Source: an uncultured Desulfosarcina sp.
GTDB lineage: Bacteria > Desulfobacterota > Desulfobacteria > Desulfobacterales > Desulfosarcinaceae
Length of the DNA: 64,000 nt
Reading direction: 5' to 3'
NCBI GenBank assembly: GCA_963674945.2
Contig: CAXXWQ010000004.1
Span: 1,600,001-1,664,000, forward strand
The notes under the pieces were generated by a model that was not told where the DNA came from, ran no database searches, and worked only from the letters and a program-made list of their open reading frames with translations. Shown here piece after piece: positions 50,431-59,518 of the stretch (positions are counted from its first letter, which is position 1; the number at the start of each line of letters is the position of its first letter). The translations under genes were made by a program, and so were the position numbers.

Positions 50431-52376
50431 ATCAGCTGGATGAACCGGCCATCCGTGCCGAATCGGTCAGTCGCACGTTCGGCGATCTGACGGCGGTGAA
50501 CGGACTTTCCCTGACGGTGAACCGTGGGGAAATTTACGGTTTGGTGGGGCCGGACGGTGCCGGAAAAACCACGACCTTGCGAATGTTGGCCGGATTGATG
50601 GATTCATCCGGCGGGCGGATGCGGGTTGCCGGATGCGAACTTCCGGATCAGAGCGATCGGGTGAAACCCCACCTTGCCTATATGAGCCAGCGCTTCGGTC
50701 TCTATCCTGACTTGACCGTGGACGAAAACATCCACTTCTATGCCGATCTATACGGTGTTACCCGAAAATCCCGCGCGTCGAGACTGGATGAACTGCTCGA
50801 TTTTTCCAACATGCGTTCATTCCGAAAAAGATTGGCCGGCAAACTTTCCGGCGGTATGAAACAGAAACTGCAGTTGATCTGTGCTCTGATTCACACGCCC
50901 GACGTCTTATTGCTGGACGAACCCACCAACGGCGTAGATCCGGTCAGTCGTCGGGATTTCTGGCGAATTCTCTATCGCATGCTCAAATCGGGCGTGGCGA
51001 TTTTGGTCACCACCGCCTACCTGGACGAAGCCGAACGATGCAATCGTATCGGTCTGATGAATCGGGGACGATTGATGACAGAGGGAAGCCCCGAAGCGGT
51101 AAGGCGCGCCTTTCCCATGAAGGTCCTCGACCTGCGTTGTGCCTCCAGCCGAAATGCCAGCCGGATCCTGGTCCAAGGTCTCGCCGGCACCGCCGATGTG
51201 GCGCTCTTCGGCGACAGCGTTCACATCGTTTCTGAAAAGCCGGAAAGGGCCGAACAGGACACACGTCGATTCCTGGAAGAGGCCGACATCACCGTCAAAG
51301 CAATCCGGTCCGTTCCGCCCACCCTCGAAGATGTATTTGTCCATGCGATCATGAGCACGGAAACAAAAGACTTTTCGCAAGACAACGAAGAAAAGGCGAG
51401 AACCGTTTCTGATTCCCGGAATGCTTCGACCGACATCGCCGTTACGGTATCGGACCTGACCCGACGATTCGGCGATTTTACCGCAGTGGACCATCTGAAC
51501 CTGACCGTACCCACCGGTGAGATTTTCGGTTTTTTGGGTCCCAACGGTGCCGGCAAAAGCACCACCATCCGTATGCTCTGCGGGCTGCTCAGCCCCTCGG
51601 CGGGAAAGGGGCGGGTCGCCGGGCACGACATCGAAAGGCAAGCCGAGAAAATCAAGCAGCAAATCGGCTATATGAGCCAGAAATTTTCACTGTACGAAGA
51701 TCTGACCGTATCGGAAAACATCGATTTCTACGGCGGCATCTACGGCCTTTCCGGTACTGGGCTGGCTGAACGCAGAAAGTGGGCGGTTCGTATGGCCGGC
51801 CTCGAAGGCCGCGAACATCAACCGACACGCCTTCTGGCCGGCGGATGGAAACAGCGCCTTTCTCTGGCCTGCGCCGTTTTGCATCGGCCGCCCATCGTGT
51901 TCCTGGACGAACCCACCAGCGGTGTGGATCCCCTGAGCCGGCGCCGCTTCTGGGACCTGATCGCCGATATGGCGGGCCGGGGCCGAACCGTCTTCGTCAC
52001 CACCCACTACATGGAAGAAGCCGAATATTGTGACCGGGTCGCCCTGATCTACAAGGGACGCATGATTGCCATGGGCTCCCCCAGGGAATTGAAATCCGAA
52101 CTGGTGGAGGAGACCATTATCGATTTACGGTGCCCCCGCCCCCAGGACCTGTTGGACGATCTGGCCACCGTAACAGGCGTCCGGGACGTTGCCCTGTTCG
52201 GTGCCGGTCTCCATCTGAAGGTGGACGACGACCAGGGGACACTGGAACGAATCCGTGACAAAACCCGCCGGATGGGAATGGAGGATGTCCCCCTCTCCCC
52301 CATCGTTCCCACCATGGAAGATGTGTTCGTTTCCCTCATCGAAAAGGAGAATCGAAATCATGAGAACAATCCTTGA
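50427..52376 (+). CDS. ABC transporter ATP-binding protein with duplicated ATPase domains (YbhF-like)
   Basis: GPDGAGKTT/LSGGMKQKL/DEPT and GPNGAGKST/DEPTSGVDP. Confidence 0.93.
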   Translation: MNQLDEPAIRAESVSRTFGDLTAVNGLSLTVNRGEIYGLVGPDGAGKTTTLRMLAGLMDSSGGRMRVAGCELPDQSDRVKPHLAYMSQRFGLYPDLTVDENIHFYADLYGVTRKSRASRLDELLDFSNMRSFRKRLAGKLSGGMKQKLQLICALIHTPDVLLLDEPTNGVDPVSRRDFWRILYRMLKSGVAILVTTAYLDEAERCNRIGLMNRGRLMTEGSPEAVRRAFPMKVLDLRCASSRNASRILVQGLAGTADVALFGDSVHIVSEKPERAEQDTRRFLEEADITVKAIRSVPPTLEDVFVHAIMSTETKDFSQDNEEKARTVSDSRNASTDIAVTVSDLTRRFGDFTAVDHLNLTVPTGEIFGFLGPNGAGKSTTIRMLCGLLSPSAGKGRVAGHDIERQAEKIKQQIGYMSQKFSLYEDLTVSENIDFYGGIYGLSGTGLAERRKWAVRMAGLEGREHQPTRLLAGGWKQRLSLACAVLHRPPIVFLDEPTSGVDPLSRRRFWDLIADMAGRGRTVFVTTHYMEEAEYCDRVALIYKGRMIAMGSPRELKSELVEETIIDLRCPRPQDLLDDLATVTGVRDVALFGAGLHLKVDDDQGTLERIRDKTRRMGMEDVPLSPIVPTMEDVFVSLIEKENRNHENNP

Positions 52377-52400
52377 TCCGGTGGAAGGGACAGATCACCC

Positions 52401-53540
52401 ATGGAGGAAAAGATCTCGATGAATGTGCGACGATACATGGCAGTGGCCCGCAAAGAGTTCATTCACGTGCTGCGGGACTGGCGCAGCCTCGTGCTGGCCA
52501 TCGCCATTCCCATGCTCCTCATCGCCCTGTTCGGCTATGCCCTGACCATGGATCTCAAGCTTGTGCCCACGGCAATCTGGGATCAGTCCCGAACGGCCGA
52601 GAGCCGTCAGTTGATCAGCCTGTTGGAAGGATCCCGCTATTTTTCCGTGGATCATTACGTGGACGGCGACCGCATCATCGCCGACATGCTCGACGCGGGA
52701 AAAATCTTCGTGGCCCTGGTGATCCCGTCCGATTTCGCCGACTGCATCCGGGCCGGCCGGCCGGTGGCGGTTCAGGCCCTGGTGGACGGGGCCGACGCCA
52801 ACAATGCGAACCTCGCCTTCGGTTACCTCACCGCCATCGCACAGATTTACAACACCAACATACAGATGGTGTCGCCGAATCCATCCGACCTGCCAAAAGG
52901 GGCGGTTCTTTTGCCACGGGTCTGGTACAACCCGGACATGGAGACCCGCAACGTCATTATTCCCGGCATCATCGCCCTGGTGATGGTGGTCATCGCCGCC
53001 ATGCTCACCAGTGTCACCGTGGCCCGCGAATGGGAAACCGGCACCATGGAGCAATTGATCAGTACCCCCATCCGGGTTCCCGAGCTGGTTTTGGGAAAGG
53101 TGACCCCCTATTTCGTTATCGGCCTCCTGGACGTGGCCATCGCCGTGATCATGGGACGATTACTCTTCGACGTCCCCTTACGCGGCAGCACCGGCCTTTT
53201 GTTTTTGTCCGCCTCGATCTTTCTGACCGGCGCCCTGTTTCTCGGCTTGCTGCTCAGTATCGTGCTGAAAAGCCAAGTGCTGGCCAACCAGATCGCCCTG
53301 TTCACCGGGTACCTGCCCACCTTGATGCTGTCCGGTTTCGTTTTCGGCATCTTCAACATGCCTGTGGCGATACAGATCATCACCTTCATCGTACCGGCAC
53401 GCTATTTTATCGCCCTTTTGCGTGGCATTTTCCTGAAAGGAATCGGCTTGGAGGTCTTGGGTCTCAACGCCGCCCTTTTGACCCTGTATGCGGTCATCAT
53501 GGTGGTGTTGGCCCATCGCAAGATGAAATTGAAACTATGA
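52401..53540 (+). CDS. ABC-2 type permease (YbhS-like)
   Basis: ARKEFIHVLRD, WYNP, AREWETGTMEQL, LSGFVF; multiple TM helices. Confidence 0.92.
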   Translation: MEEKISMNVRRYMAVARKEFIHVLRDWRSLVLAIAIPMLLIALFGYALTMDLKLVPTAIWDQSRTAESRQLISLLEGSRYFSVDHYVDGDRIIADMLDAGKIFVALVIPSDFADCIRAGRPVAVQALVDGADANNANLAFGYLTAIAQIYNTNIQMVSPNPSDLPKGAVLLPRVWYNPDMETRNVIIPGIIALVMVVIAAMLTSVTVAREWETGTMEQLISTPIRVPELVLGKVTPYFVIGLLDVAIAVIMGRLLFDVPLRGSTGLLFLSASIFLTGALFLGLLLSIVLKSQVLANQIALFTGYLPTLMLSGFVFGIFNMPVAIQIITFIVPARYFIALLRGIFLKGIGLEVLGLNAALLTLYAVIMVVLAHRKMKLKL

Positions 53541-53693
53541 CGGCTTCGTAAAAAGTCCGATATCGGCGCCTGCGCTTCATTCCTCGTCACTGCGACGTAT
53601 CCGTACATACGCCTCATTCCTCGGGACTCGCAAGCCTTGATCTCGAACTTTTTACGAAGCCGTCCAAAACCCGACTTTTTACGAGTTCATCAA
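53538..53693 (+). mobile_element. MITE/REP-like element copy A (126-bp core with 18-bp terminal inverted repeats plus a third arm)
   Basis: GACGGCTTCGTAAAAAGT...ACTTTTTACGAAGCCGTC (53539-53664), then GACTTTTTACGAGTTCATCAA. Confidence 0.8.
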
Positions 53694-53721
53694 ACTATAG
53701 CGATCGAAAAGGCTATTATTT

Positions 53722-54843
53722 ATGATCCTGCGCATAAAACAGATGCTGATCAAGGAATTTTACCAGATGTTCAGGGACGTACGCATGCGCATGGTGGTGC
53801 TTGCCATGCCGCTCGTCCAGATGACGGTGCTGGCCTTCGCCTTGACCACTGACGTCAAGCACATCGCCACGGCGGTCGTGGATCCGGACAACAGCCCGGC
53901 CAGTCGACAGCTGGTAGACGAATTCACCGGCGGCCATTACTTCGCCGTTACCCATCGGCTATCCAACGACATGGGTATCCGCCATTTACTGGACACCGGC
54001 CGCGTGCGGGCCGTCCTTCGCATTCCACAACACTTTTCGGCAGATCTTCGATCGGGGAAAATCGTGCCGGTGCAGCTGTTGGTAGACGGCACCCTGGGAA
54101 ACGACGCTGCCATTACCCTCAATTATGCCAACCAGGCCATAAACAGCTTCAACCAGCGCATGGCCCGGCAGCTGGCCGGTGTGACGGGCGCATCCGCCCA
54201 ATTGATGGATCTGCGCTTTCGGGCCTGGTACAACCCCAATCTGAAAAGCAAGTACTATTACATTCCCGGCCTGATCGCCGTCATGTTGATCCTTATCGGA
54301 CTGGTTCTGGCCTCTATGGCCATCGTAAGGGAAAAAGAGATCGGCACCATCGAACAGGTGATGGTCACGCCCATCCGTCGGGTGGAATTCATCATCGGCA
54401 AGACCCTTCCTTTTTTGCTGACCGGCATGGTGACCATGACGATGATGTTTATCATTGCCTACCTGCTTTTCGACATCCATGTCCAGGGAAGCCTGCTTTT
54501 GCTTTATGCGGTGGCGACGGTCTATATTTTGGGCAACCTGGGCCTGGCGCTGTTGGTCAGCGTCACCGCCCATACCCAGCAGCAGGCCCTTCTAACGGCC
54601 TTTTTCATCCTGGTGCCCGCCATCTTGCTGTCCGGTTTCATTTTTCCCATCCGCAACATGCCGCTGGTGATCCAGTGGCTCACCATATGCAACCCAATGC
54701 GGTGGTTTCTCCAGATCCTTCACGGCATCGTTGTCAAAGGGGTTGGTGTCCGCATCCTCTGGTTGCCCATGGGTGCCCTGGCCACCCTGGCAACCACGTT
54801 TCTCTCCCTTGCCGTGGCCCGCTTTAAAAAGACGTTGAGTTGA
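53722..54843 (+). CDS. ABC-2 type permease (YbhR-like)
   Basis: IKEFYQMFRD, WYNPN, VREKEIGTIEQ, LSGFIFPIRNMP. Confidence 0.92.
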   Translation: MILRIKQMLIKEFYQMFRDVRMRMVVLAMPLVQMTVLAFALTTDVKHIATAVVDPDNSPASRQLVDEFTGGHYFAVTHRLSNDMGIRHLLDTGRVRAVLRIPQHFSADLRSGKIVPVQLLVDGTLGNDAAITLNYANQAINSFNQRMARQLAGVTGASAQLMDLRFRAWYNPNLKSKYYYIPGLIAVMLILIGLVLASMAIVREKEIGTIEQVMVTPIRRVEFIIGKTLPFLLTGMVTMTMMFIIAYLLFDIHVQGSLLLLYAVATVYILGNLGLALLVSVTAHTQQQALLTAFFILVPAILLSGFIFPIRNMPLVIQWLTICNPMRWFLQILHGIVVKGVGVRILWLPMGALATLATTFLSLAVARFKKTLS

Positions 54844-54998
54844 CGGCATCGTAAAAAGTCCGATATCGGCGTTACGCTTCACCCCTCGTCACTGCGACGT
54901 ATCCAACCATACGCCTCGTTGCTGAAGGGCTCGCAATCCTTGATCCCGAACTTTTTACGATGCCGTCGGTATTCCACTCTTTTATGTGGATTCATCAA
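54841..54998 (+). mobile_element. MITE/REP-like element copy B
   Basis: GACGGCATCGTAAAAAGT...ACTTTTTACGATGCCGTC (54842-54967); interior similar to copy A. Confidence 0.8.
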
Positions 54999-55078
54999 AT
55001 ATATGGGCGGGTTGTTGACGTCGATGTTGCCGGAGGTGTACAGTACATTTCCTTTTCCTCCACTGAAAGTGAGCTCAA

Positions 55079-55927
55079 ATGACGGCCTTTATCGACTGGT
55101 GGCAGCATCTGCCGGAACACATGGATCCGGTAATCTTCGAAATCGGAAGTTTCCGTTTGCAGTATTACGGTCTCATGTACATTGTGGCCTTCGCCATCAC
55201 TTACGGATTGGCGACTTACCGTCTCCGGAAAGAGGACCGGTTTTCCATGAACAACGAGCAGCTTCAGGGTCTCATGACTGCCATGATACTGGGACTGATC
55301 GTCGGCGCCCGGTTGGGCTATGTTCTGTTTTATAACTTTTCCTATTACCTTTCCAAACCGCTGGAAATCGTCTTGCCGTTCTCCTTTTCCAATGGGATTC
55401 AATTCACTGGCATCACCGGCATGTCCTATCACGGCGGCCTCATCGGAGTGGTCCTTGCCGCAGTCATCTATTTGCGGAAAAACAAATTGGAATTTTTCCA
55501 ATCGGCAGACATCGTCGTCCCATGCATCCCCTTGGGTTACACCTTCGGTCGTCTGGGAAACTTCATCAATGGAGAACTCTACGGCCGGGCGACGACCCAC
55601 CCCATCGGCATGTACTTTCCCCTTGCCCCGGGAACGGCGCTTCGACACCCATCCCAGCTTTACGAAGCCTTTTTCGAAGGCATTGTCCTTTTCGTTGCGT
55701 TGTGGGCCATCAAGGGGAAAATTCGAACGAAGGGCGCAATGCTCGGGCTCTATCTCATGGGGTACGGCCTGGTGCGTTTCTTCATCGAGTATGCCCGCCA
55801 ACCCGATGCCCACCTGGGATTTGTCTGGCTCTTCTTCTCCATGGGCCAGCTTCTGTGCCTGACCATGATCTGTTGTGGAGGACTGCTGCTGGTCTTTCTC
55901 AAACGTGCATCCGGAAAAAGTGCTTGA
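55079..55927 (+). CDS. lgt: Prolipoprotein diacylglyceryl transferase
   Basis: YYGLMY, GARLGYVLFY, GMSYHGG, GRLGNFINGELYGR, HPSQLYE. Confidence 0.97.
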   Translation: MTAFIDWWQHLPEHMDPVIFEIGSFRLQYYGLMYIVAFAITYGLATYRLRKEDRFSMNNEQLQGLMTAMILGLIVGARLGYVLFYNFSYYLSKPLEIVLPFSFSNGIQFTGITGMSYHGGLIGVVLAAVIYLRKNKLEFFQSADIVVPCIPLGYTFGRLGNFINGELYGRATTHPIGMYFPLAPGTALRHPSQLYEAFFEGIVLFVALWAIKGKIRTKGAMLGLYLMGYGLVRFFIEYARQPDAHLGFVWLFFSMGQLLCLTMICCGGLLLVFLKRASGKSA

Positions 55928-56008
55928 AGGCCGCTTTATTTTCATAATTTGTAAATACAATTTATGAAATTGGGGTGGAAAACATTTTTGAGATGACTTC
56001 TATCAAAT

Positions 56009-56164
56009 TTGATAAACTCGCAAAAAGCCAAGTTTCGGAAGGCTTCGTAAAAAGTTCGAGATCAAGGCTTGCGAGCCCCGAGGAACGAGGCGTATGATTG
56101 GATACGTCGCAGTGACGAGGGATGAAGCGCAGGCGCCGATATCGGACTTTTTACGAAGCCGTCA
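56009..56164 (-). mobile_element. MITE/REP-like element copy C (inverted)
   Basis: Reverse-complement copy with core 56038-56163; abuts the stop codon of the minus-strand DUF3124 gene. Confidence 0.8.
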
Positions 56165-56677
56165 TTACGGCGAAACAAACTCCAGTACCCTCCCCCTGGA
56201 GGTAAACGAGATGCCCTGCTGGGTCTTGGTGCTGATCATCACCGATTCGATCAACGGCTCTGTAACCGGTTGTGTCGACCGCCATCGAATGATGAATTTG
56301 GCGCCGGAACCACCGCTTTTGTCCGATTCTGGTACGACATACCGTTTCGTTGCCATAGCCTCCAGAGAGATGGGCTTGTCCAGGTAATGTTTCAGGAACT
56401 TGCCATCCGAGTCGTAATAATCCACCGTGGTCAATTCGATGGCATGGGCCAGATCGGTGTTGCGGATGCTCAAGGTGGCGGCAAGATAGAAGGGCATTTC
56501 CCGGTCTCCGCTATAGATATGAGAATAGACCGGGACGTACACGGTTTGTCCTTTGAAATGACGCATCTCGGCATCTGCCGGTCGGATCGAAAGGCACACA
56601 ATCATCGCCAAAAAGATTATCATACAGGCAGTGGATCTCGAAATGACGGTCAGAGACATGGAGGAAACTCCTTTCAA
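56165..56677 (-). CDS. DUF3124 family exported protein
   Basis: GQTVYVPVYSHIY, ATLSIRNTD, DYYDSDG, GGSGAKFII, ISFTSRG; true start may be 56659. Confidence 0.88.
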   Translation of the reverse strand: MKGVSSMSLTVISRSTACMIIFLAMIVCLSIRPADAEMRHFKGQTVYVPVYSHIYSGDREMPFYLAATLSIRNTDLAHAIELTTVDYYDSDGKFLKHYLDKPISLEAMATKRYVVPESDKSGGSGAKFIIRWRSTQPVTEPLIESVMISTKTQQGISFTSRGRVLEFVSP

Positions 56678-56882
56678 ACAATATCAGATAATTCTGTAAA
56701 GTATGAGAATAATCTTACCAGCATCCACGGGTCAAATCAATTGGAGCCAAAAAGAAGGGCACAATTAAAAACATTCTTCATTGGTTGACTTGGATCAACC
56801 CATCATTGCTTGAAAATCGATAAAACAGGATCATTTTACGTGATCGAATGACATGTTTTGCAGGGAAAGGAGAGTCTCATCA

Positions 56883-57056
56883 ATGAAAAGGAGCGATGAT
56901 GCCGAAACCGCCGTAGGCCAGGTCCCCTTTTTCGTTGGTAAAAAGGTCTGCGATTTCCTCGATTTGTACAAAGCCCGAAGCACCCATGGGCAGCGTTTCG
57001 CCCCGGTATTGACCGATGCGGATGTGGATCGGTTTTCCCAAAGGTGGAAACCGTGA
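56883..57056 (+). CDS. Small hypothetical protein (~57 aa)
   Basis: AAGGAG RBS before ATG 56883; overlaps the start of the next gene; no recognisable domain. Confidence 0.4.
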   Translation: MKRSDDAETAVGQVPFFVGKKVCDFLDLYKARSTHGQRFAPVLTDADVDRFSQRWKP

Positions 57057-57847
57057 CAACCCGGCCGCCCCATGCGGAGCAACTGGCACCGCACCTGGAG
57101 GACATCTTTCGCCGATTCCACCGGAAAGCCTATATTCACCCCGACCCCCTGGAATTTCTCTACCGTTGGAAAGACGTGAAAGAGAGGGAGATCGTCGGGC
57201 TGGTGGCTTCTAGTCTCGCCTACGGCCGTGTACTGCAGATCCTGAAAAGCGTGTCCGTTGTACTCGATACGATGGGACCTTCCCCCTATCGCTACGTCAC
57301 CCGAACCCCTTTGAAAATCATGGCAAAGGACTTTTCCGCGTTTCGCCACCGCTTCGCCGACGGCTGCCATCTATCGGCACTGCTATTTGGTATAGGAAGG
57401 GTAATCCGAAAATTCGGCAGCATTGAAGCATGCCTGGCCCAGGGCATGGCCACATGCGGATCAGACCCCTGGTCCGGCCTTGTCCATCTTTACGAACAGC
57501 TGACTTGTGGCCGAAAGCCCCTTGGACACCTGCTGGCCGACCCGCACAAGACCAGTGCCTGCAAACGGCTTCATCTGTACCTTCGCTGGATGGTCCGCTC
57601 CGACGCCATTGATCCCGGCGGCTGGCGATGTATCTCTCCCGCTTCACTGATCGTTCCCTTGGACACCCATATGTTCGCCATTGGCCGACGCCTCGGCTTT
57701 ACCCGGCGGCGTCAGGCGGACAGAGGAGCAGCCCTGGAAATTACCGACGGATTCAGGGCCATCTGTCCCTGTGATCCTGTGCGATTCGATTTCTCATTGA
57801 GTCGGCTGGGCATACGGCAGGAGCTGACGTTGTCTCTTTTGCCTTAA
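57044..57847 (+). CDS. TIGR02757 (DUF2400) family protein
   Basis: DPLEFL, LAYGRV, SACKRLHLYLRWMVR, VPLDTH, DPVRFDFSL. Confidence 0.92.
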   Translation: METVTTRPPHAEQLAPHLEDIFRRFHRKAYIHPDPLEFLYRWKDVKEREIVGLVASSLAYGRVLQILKSVSVVLDTMGPSPYRYVTRTPLKIMAKDFSAFRHRFADGCHLSALLFGIGRVIRKFGSIEACLAQGMATCGSDPWSGLVHLYEQLTCGRKPLGHLLADPHKTSACKRLHLYLRWMVRSDAIDPGGWRCISPASLIVPLDTHMFAIGRRLGFTRRRQADRGAALEITDGFRAICPCDPVRFDFSLSRLGIRQELTLSLLP

Positions 57848-57907
57848 TTTTCCCGTCATAAATGACTTGACACGAACCCCGGTTTTGGCCTCGGGAGTAA
57901 GGGGAAA

Positions 57908-57978
57908 GAGATGGACGAAGGACGAAGGACGAAACAATATGAATTTCGTCCATCCTCCCTCATCCTTGATCCATCATC
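57908..57978. repeat. 7-bp-period inverted repeat (GACGAAG-type)
   Basis: gacgaag-gacgaag-gacgaaa / tttcgtc-catcctc-cctcatc-cttgatc-catcatc. Confidence 0.65.
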
Positions 57979-58114
57979 GCGCCGCCATCGCATACGCCTT
58001 GAACATTTTTGCCATTGATGATATTGTAGCTTGTCTTATCACACAATACCCGACTGAAGAAGAGTCCCTATTGATACCGGAAAATCCCGTTCCCAAGCTG
58101 CATGTAGAGCGAAA

Positions 58115-59464
58115 ATGAAGGCCTTGAGCATCGACAATATATTATCCAATCGCAAAACCCTGGAACGAATTCTGGATAATATGAAAGATGGCATCATCGC
58201 CCACGACTTGAACCGGCGCATCTTTTTCTTTAACAAAAAGGCGGAAGAGATCACCGGATACCGCCGTGAGAATGTCATTGGAAAGGATTGTCATGAGGCA
58301 TTGGGCGGTCCGCTTTGCGGCAGCCGGTGCTCTTTTTGCGGCGACAAACCGATGTTCGTCGATTCCGCCGAATACCCCGTTAATATGATCACCCGTACGG
58401 GGGAACCGCGGAGGCTCGAAATGACGGCCACCATGATGCGAGACAGCAGGGAAAGGAATGTCGGTGTACTTGCCACCTTCAGAGACGTCACCGACCTATT
58501 CGAATTGAGGGTCAGAGCAAAAGAAATGACAGGATTTTCCAACATCGTCGGTTGTGACGACAAGATGGTGGAGGTATTCCGTCAAATCAAGGATGTCTCC
58601 GGCTACGACTATCCGGTTCACATCTTCGGGGAGACCGGAACCGGTAAGGAGTTGGTGGCCAGTGCCATTCATAACGAAAGTCTGCGCGCGGGAAATCCCT
58701 TCGTTCCCATCAATTGCGGAGCTCTTCCCGAGGGCCTCATCGAGAGTGAATTGTTCGGTCATGTCAAAGGCGCCTTTTCCGGTGCCATCCGGGATAAAAA
58801 GGGCCGGTTTGAATTGGCCGACAAGGGAACCATATTCCTGGACGAGATCGCCGAACTGCCCAAACTGCTTCAGGTGAAACTTTTGCGATTTCTCCAGGAA
58901 GGCACATTCGAGAAGGTGGGAGGAGAAAAAACCGTATCGGTGGACGTGCGTGTGGTCAGTGCCACCAACAAGGATTTGAAGAGAGAAGTGAAGATGGGCC
59001 GCTTTCGAGAAGATCTGTTTTACCGACTCAACGTCATTCCCATCCACATCCCGCCCATTCGGGAACGTAAATCGGACATTCCCCTGCTTGTAGACCACTT
59101 TTTGTCAAAGGCACCGACCATCCGCGGACAGCGGCCCGTCCGCATGGCCCAGGACGCCTTGAATCTGTTGATGGATTATTCATGGCCGGGAAATGTGCGT
59201 GAACTCCAAAACGCCGTCCAATTCGCCATCGTCCGCTGCAAGGGGAAGGTGATTCGCGCCGAAGATCTGCCCATGGAACTCAAGAACATGGTTTGCGAGC
59301 CTCCCAAGCGCGGGCCCGTTCGCAAACTGGATGCAGAGCGAGTAAAATCGGCACTGGAGAAAACCGGCGGGAACAAGGCGCGGGCGGCCAAAGTATTGGG
59401 CGTCGGACGCGCCACCTTATATCGATTCCTGGGTGATCACCCCCAGATTCTCACGGAAGAATAA
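58115..59464 (+). CDS. Sigma54-dependent transcriptional activator (PAS-AAA+-Fis HTH)
   Basis: PAS with Cys cluster; GETGTGKE, ESELFGHVKGAFSGA, FREDLFYRLNV, WPGNVRELQN; HTH AAKVLGVGRATLYR. Confidence 0.95.
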   Translation: MKALSIDNILSNRKTLERILDNMKDGIIAHDLNRRIFFFNKKAEEITGYRRENVIGKDCHEALGGPLCGSRCSFCGDKPMFVDSAEYPVNMITRTGEPRRLEMTATMMRDSRERNVGVLATFRDVTDLFELRVRAKEMTGFSNIVGCDDKMVEVFRQIKDVSGYDYPVHIFGETGTGKELVASAIHNESLRAGNPFVPINCGALPEGLIESELFGHVKGAFSGAIRDKKGRFELADKGTIFLDEIAELPKLLQVKLLRFLQEGTFEKVGGEKTVSVDVRVVSATNKDLKREVKMGRFREDLFYRLNVIPIHIPPIRERKSDIPLLVDHFLSKAPTIRGQRPVRMAQDALNLLMDYSWPGNVRELQNAVQFAIVRCKGKVIRAEDLPMELKNMVCEPPKRGPVRKLDAERVKSALEKTGGNKARAAKVLGVGRATLYRFLGDHPQILTEE

Positions 59465-59465
59465 T

Positions 59466-59490
59466 AAAAAGGGGCTCGAAACCGAGCCCC
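59466..59490 (-). terminator. Rho-independent terminator of cooS (between convergent genes)
   Basis: GGGGCTCG-aaac-CGAGCCCC with a preceding AAAAA, giving a U-tract on the minus strand. Confidence 0.75.
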
Positions 59491-59518
59491 TCCATTGGCT
59501 ATCATTTTGTAGATGACA

